Shown here one piece after another: positions 22,160 to 27,843 of a stretch of 27,843 nucleotides of DNA. A model generated the notes under the pieces. It had not been told where the DNA came from. It made no database searches and saw only the letters and a program-made list of their open reading frames with translations. Source of the DNA: Ancylonema sp. (lineage: Eukaryota); NCBI GenBank assembly GCA_050230475.1, contig JBFLGF010000137.1, positions 62,001 through 89,843 of the forward strand, given 5' to 3'. The stretch's first letter is position 1. The number at the start of each line of letters is the position of its first letter. The translations under genes and the position numbers were made by a program.

Positions 22160-23880
22160 AATCACGTCGTCATCATCATCGGTGGGCGGACCTCTCGGAG
22201 TCATCTGCCCCAAAAAAATGAGAGTGGTCAATGAGGATCAGAGAGGCACTCACGTTTGTGATCAAATGAAAACAACATAATGTATGATTGGTCATGGTTA
22301 AATCACATGTCTACTTATATTGACGGTTAAGTGATCAAATTTTGGGTTGGAATACATGGAGTTTCACCTCCTCTTCTGCCCCGATTGGGTCATCGTGCAT
22401 GTCTTCGTCTTCATGCGGCTCCTGCGCCTCACGTTGGGGGACTTGCTCTCCTGATGGAAACTGTTGAGAAAGATTATAAGAGAACTTACAAGTAAAGTCA
22501 ATACGGATTGACAACGCAAACTTACATCAATATAAGTGGAGTTCATAGGCGTTCTAGGAAAAATGTAACTCACCAACTCTGGACACTTGTCACGAGTGTG
22601 ACTTGTCTTCTTGCAAACAGAGCACCGGCGGGGTTTTGTCGTGCGCTCGTAGTACTCGTGAGCAGATGGAGTACGTTTCTTGGAGGACATCCCCTTCTCC
22701 GGAATGTTAGTAGAGCCTGGTGGACGCCCTTTGGGCTTGCTTGGGAGAGGGTTTTTCGTTTTGAGGATGTCAGCCGCAAGAAGCTTGTCGATGCCCGCGT
22801 CCACATACTCTCGTTGACGTTTCCCCCACGTCGGGTACATCGCATCAAGCTTCTGGCGCGGCTTAGAAGGTGGTGAAAGAGGCCGGGGGGAGGAGTTGAG
22901 CGGTGTTGCATCTAGTAGATTGAAACTGTGAAAGTCACCAGTTACAAGGTCCCGCCCCTCTTGCCGGATGTCCCTGATCTCGTGATGACATGGAACTCCA
23001 TACACCGGTCGCAACATGCATTCGAATGGTGTATCATCAACCCTCACCGCGCACTTTGCCTTCACCTGCAACCGTTGCAAAAAAAAAGTGGTTTTTTTTT
23101 TCAATTTTTGTTTACAATAATTTCCAATAAAATCACGAAGGGTGAAGTAACGATACGGTTGCTACAATCTTTTATTCCTTATAAAAAATGATAGAGGATA
23201 TGGAAGTTGTTGCAAGTACTAGTACGAGCTATCATTTTTTCAATTCAAAAATTGTGGTACTCACCATGTTTAGTGCGTGTGTCGAAATCTTGTTGACGAC
23301 TTTAGAAAAGAAGGGGTCGTTCAAGTGATGAGTGATGTGCTGTCCTTGCTGATCTCCAATTTCACATTAATTAATAATAATTAGTAATTTGGTTGTCCAA
23401 GGCTACACGCATGTGAGAAATAGCTGAAAACAAGTCCATTCGTCTGCTCCTTTAATACCCCTTTAAATAGGCATGGATGCCTTCGACCCTGGAAGTCGTA
23501 GCGGATCCCAAATGAAAATGTTGGCTGGTGTACGCACGAACGATTTTGTCCACATGTCTAAGCCACGTGGTGGTGACGTACTCGACGGCCTGAGGGTGAG
23601 AGAAACGGTATTTGGCAACCAAATCGTCCCATGAGGCATGGAACTTGGCCACCGTTTTCGATGCCATGACGTTTTCCCACTCGGCCGCGAAAGCGTCAAA
23701 CAGATCCCCGCGGACCAGCTGCTTTCTCTTGCAGTGCGCCAAAACGTCCTTCCGAATGTGCCACGTACAGAGGAGCGAGGGAACCCCTGGAAAGACGCTC
23801 TCAGCAAATGCTGTGGGACTAAAACTTGGGGGAAAAGATTCCTTGAAATGTTGCATGGCCCACTCCGTGGTCCAAGAATA
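22160..23880 (-). pseudogene. Mutator-like (MULE) transposase pseudogene with introns; N-terminal part missing
   Basis: Motifs WAMQHF...VFP...LLCTWHIRKDV, VEYVTTTWL, HLGSATTSRVEGIHAYLK (catalytic E), SWIM-like C..YGVPCHH, AT-hook-like KGRPPGS and knuckle CSVCKKTSHTRDKC. In-frame stop at 23452-23454 and frameshifts near 23340-23380. GT..AG introns at 23066-23264 and ~22446-22573. Probable small acidic exons at 22368-22445 and 22160-22204. Confidence 0.88.
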
Positions 23881-23909
23881 CCTAAGGTGCTGGGACGATG
23901 CATCACAAA

Positions 23910-24165
23910 TATGTATAGGTATGTATGCATGTATGTATATATATATATGTATGTATGTATGTATACATGTATGTATATCTGTATGTATATATGTCTATAT
24001 GTATGCATGTATTTATGTATGTAAGTATGCATGAATGTATATATGTATGTATGTATATATGTATGTATGTATGCATGTATGTATGCGTGTGTGCATACAA
24101 TCACATGTGCATGCATGCATTAATGTATGTAAGCATATATGCATGTATGCATGCATGGATACATA
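23910..24165. repeat. Degenerate (TATG)n / alternating purine-pyrimidine microsatellite
   Basis: About 250 bp of atgt/atat/atgc units. Confidence 0.92.
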
Positions 24166-24309
24166 AATTACTGAAACAACATACCATTCATCACGGAGAC
24201 GGTATACATTGAAGCATTTTAATTGAACGCGGACACAGACGAGATTCAATCAACTATATGTAACTATCATCAACTGCCGTATGAAAAAAAAACCGAGAAA
24301 GTAACACAC

Positions 24310-24519
24310 CTCCTGCTGAACGCTCCGAGCTGGTGCTGCTGATGGTGCTGGTGCTGCTGGTGGTGCTGCTGGTGCTGATGGTGTTGCTGGTGCTGCTGGT
24401 GCTGATGGTGCTGATGGTGCTGATGGTGTTGGTGCTGCTGGTGCTGTTGGTGCTGCTGGTGCTGGTGCTGGTGCTGGTGCTGGTGCTGGTGCTGGTGCTG
24501 GTGCTGGTGCTGGTGCCAT
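24310..24519 (-). repeat. (GCACCA)n-based repeat, possibly a coding exon (MAPAPAP...ARSVQQE)
   Basis: Triplet-periodic repeat that starts at ATG 24519 and is followed in phase 0 by GTGTGT, a possible splice donor at 24309. The repeat is certain; coding status is not. Confidence 0.6.
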
Positions 24520-25487
24520 CTAGAGACGTGGATTTGTTTTCGCTCCGGTTGTACATCCACCGCGAGGAATCAAGGTGTATGTTCAGCGCTGCAGCAACGA
24601 ACAAAAATTGGCAAAAACAAATAAATATGCATTAATTGACTAAATTAAATAATAATGCAACTGACATTACTATTCGGAGATTTACGGCCAAAAAAAATTG
24701 GATTCCACCTTATATACCCAAACAAAATTATACCCTAAATATATGAGCGCTACACATGACTGTGGCCAGTGTAGATGCTGTATATCACCACGTTCTCTAA
24801 AAGGAATGGCGTAGACACTTACCGACATGTACTCCATCAATTCAACGCTGTTCTATTTGAAACCCACGCGCTAAACTTACACGCTAGCGAAAGAAACCAA
24901 CATGACACCCTGATATTTTTACACAAGTATGCGAAAAGCAATATACATATGCAACAATACGCAGGCGTCAAGACAGTAAGGGGTCGTAGCTAAGCTCACA
25001 ACCGGCCGCATACTGCACTACACGGCGCGGAGCATTATCGCAAGTATAGGGCAGCGTGACAGCAGCTAGAGAGCAGTGCTGGCAATCTGCGGCAAAGTGC
25101 TACAGCAGCGCTTTTGTACTGCAGCAGCTAGGCTGGGCACCAATATTCCTACGCCGCGCATAACGAAAATCACGGTTTGGACGCCTGTCTGCCTGTCTAG
25201 TGCTCATACGCGGATGGGTGCCCTCCGCGACATTTGATACAGTTGGGGCCGGACCTGCCGGTTCCCACCCTATGGTAGGGGTCCGGCCGGTGGGAGCTCG
25301 CACTTTCTACGACATTCCCAAAGACTGCTCCAAAGAACCGCTTTTCGGCAAACAGGCGCTAATCTAAGCTGAGCGGGCAGTGGTAACGTGCTTCTTGCGC
25401 AGCCCGATCAGTTCTTCCGCCATTGTTGGCACGTAAAGTTGGCGGACTCGACCGGACCTTGAGGCCTATGGTTTTATTCGAGACAGA

Positions 25488-27108
25488 ATGAACAGAATAA
25501 CAAGCTCGAGTACAAAAGTATCGAAAGCGAAGTACGGGGGATTGCATGAAAATGCCCTTCTCAACTTGCAAACCGACCACCTGGTTCGAATTCTGCAGCT
25601 TTTGGATACCCGGTCTGTCTTCGCGTTCGCTCGAACTTGCAAGCAGAATCGTGATGTGACTTTCTCAGACGCTGTCTGGAAAGTTTTTTGTTACAGAGAA
25701 TGGGGGGCTCACTGCTGTGATCAGATTCCGCCAGGTGATGAAACGAAGGGCAGGATGGTTGGGACTCTGGGGTGACATGGCAACTATGGAACCTCATGCC
25801 GCGTGGCATGAGGTTCGACAATTGGGCCCAAGACCCAATGTGAGGGCGAGCCACGCCATGAGTTCTATGCACGGCAGTGTGTGTATCTATGGAGGTGGCT
25901 GCGATGGAGGTATGGTGGGGGCGTGCATGTGGTCATGTGTGGGTTGCTGCCACGTGGTTCTCACTCCCGCCTCCCGTTGGCAGGGCGCCATCTGTCGGAC
26001 ATGTGGATCACGCATTCCAGTCCTTTACTCGTATCCGAGGGCCCTGCCTCTGGGATCCAGTGGCAGCAGGCCGCTTTGCAGCAACCTAGTGGTCGGTTCC
26101 AGCTCAGCTGCACGCTTATGGGCGAGCGGGTCGTGGTGTTCGGCGGAATTGACGAGAATGGAAAACGTGAGTGCCCACTGCTTCCTGCTCCCTGCTCCCT
26201 GCCCCCTGCCCTCACCCCATCTCCTCTTTGTGGCCCCAGGATCCGACGAGACTTGGGGGCTCAATTCCGCTCATCTGGGTGAAGGTGGTGAGGGCAGTTG
26301 GCAGCAAATTGATGCGGGGAACGCACCGTCCGCAAGGGGGGCACACGCAGCCGCATGGGGGGGGGGTTCCAAAATGATCGTCTTTGGGGGCATCAATCAA
26401 GAAGCAGAGCGACTGAATGACACCTGGATGCTAGATCTAGACATGCAACCCCTGACATGGCGCCAGGTGGCAATAGGGTCCCCCCTCCCTGAGGCACGCT
26501 CAGGTCACTCGCTGACGTGGGTGGGGGAGGGGCGAGTGGTGCTGTTTGGAGGAAGGGGGGCGAACCTGAATGTGCTTCAAGACACTTGGATCATGGAACT
26601 GCACGACCACAAGGGGGGGGAGCCCAGTGAGCCCAGTGGGCGCTGGGTTTGTTTGGATAGCGGTACCCTCCCCTGCCCTGGTCCCCGTGCAGGCCACTCT
26701 GCCACCCCAATCCTGGGCGGGCGCGTGGTGGTGGTGGGGGGGGAGGATGAGAAACGTGTCCGCCAAGGCGACACTTGGCTGCTGGATCCACGGGGGGCGC
26801 CAAGTGGAGCAAGGAGGAAGAAGGGGCGGCGAAGGGGAGAGGGTTGTCAAGTGGTAGCGGAGGATGGAGTGGCAGTCGTACCGGGGGGGGGGGAGGGGGA
26901 GGTGCAACTGTCGTTGCCCCCCCTTTGGAGGCCGTTGGTTTGTGAGGGGGCTCTGCCACCCAGGGCGTATCATGGAGCGTGTGGGGGGGGGGGTGGATGT
27001 GCTCTGATGCTGTGGGGTGGAATGGTGGATGGGGAGAGGAAGGGGCACAGCGCAGCGGGATTAACCTTTGACGACCACTTCTATGTGTTGCGATTGGCGA
27101 GGACGTGA
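25488..27108 (+). CDS. F-box/Kelch-repeat protein, At1g51550-like; 3 exons with one frame break near 25730
   Basis: F-box (LNLQTDHLVRILQLLD...FARTCK...SDAVWKVFCYREWG) followed by Kelch repeats (RASHAM, GGGCDGGRHLSDMW, PSGRF, RGAHAA, RSGHSLT, LFGGRG, PRAGHSATPILGGR...GGED, GGMVDG, GLTFD). Exons 25488-25909, 25984-26166 and 26240-27108 with GT..AG introns in consistent phase. Confidence 0.88.
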
Positions 27109-27843
27109 GGGAGAGGGGAAGAAGAGAGAACGGGACAAGTAGGAAAACGGAAGACGGAAGACAGAATTCGTTGTATTTTTGTTTCACAACGGGGAACATT
27201 CAACAATGAACAATGGTGGAGTCGCCCCACTTTGTGTTGGAAGCCAATTGCATTGAAGGTGCACCGAAATAAATGCAAGTACTGACATGAGTTGACAAAG
27301 TCAATTGGGTCCAAGTCTCGGCCCGCGGGTTGTACTATGGGCATTGTACTTTTTCTTATCAATAAATGGACGACTTCCATAGCATGGTTTTGTGCGAAAA
27401 AGTACAAAAACAATGATCATGGGCAGCATAGTACCACCCCATTATGGCATTGCGGCATGTTGGTCTGTGTCATGCTTTGCACGATTACTCTTCCTATGAG
27501 AGAGTGCTTGTCAACAACCATTTGCATCTGCAGTACCTTAGAAAACACGTTTTTATTTTCCAGATGGTAATTGGTTTGAGTACCTCGGGGGTCATTGTTC
27601 GTTTGCAATTGGAGAGACGAATTTGTTGCCCAACTCGTCCCTTTGCGCAAACAAAGATGTTGTTACCAATGGAACATGAACATAAAGAAGATAAAGAAGA
27701 TAAAAGAAACATATAAAGTATTTCGCACCACTCTTCTTAATGCGAATCATTTATGGATGCTTGGGAGGATGTCTCACAAGACTCTTGTGACAAGTTAATC
27801 ATCTTATTGTGGTACTTAATATCATGAAAGGTCCAAAGAGTCA

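Noticed and set aside
23903..24635. His/Tyr/Ile, His/Gln, Ser/Thr and Leu/Val repeat ORFs
   Set aside because: They are translations of microsatellites. Only the Ala/Pro frame has both an ATG and an in-phase donor, and even that is tentative.
24640..24760. Possible MULE terminal inverted repeat (...TTTACGGCC followed by an A-run)
   Set aside because: No inverted partner or matching 9-bp TSD was found in the window.
27110..27843. Short ORFs downstream of the F-box/Kelch gene
   Set aside because: No recognisable motifs in the frames examined; treated as UTR, intergenic or unidentifiable decayed sequence.

Overview
Eukaryotic, plant-lineage genomic DNA; a streptophyte alga or early-diverging plant is my inference from the gene families and introns. 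Two host genes flank a transposon-rich block. On the minus strand is a complete 12-exon SEC63/ERdj2 gene (443-6289, 724 aa by manual splicing) with a compact cluster of ER-stress elements (two ERSE, UPRE, pUPRE-III) about 830-910 bp upstream. On the plus strand is a 3-exon F-box/Kelch gene resembling At1g51550 (25488-27108) with one frame break. Between them lie: a full-length but decayed Ty1/copia element (10341-16923; 5-bp TSD, TG..TA ends, half-tRNA-iMet PBS that is partly duplicated, three CCHC knuckles in Gag); a probable solo LTR; two 5'-truncated CRE-type non-LTR retrotransposon copies; nested pogo/Tc1-like MITEs with a relative inside an ERdj2 intron; an intron-containing Mutator (MULE) transposase pseudogene; and an unidentified 399-aa ORF converging on it. 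The most notable signals are the UPR promoter module, G-tract/C-tract intron ends with weak donors, and the atypical copia. I cannot claim a new biological system with confidence. All family assignments come from recognising motifs by eye, not from database searches.
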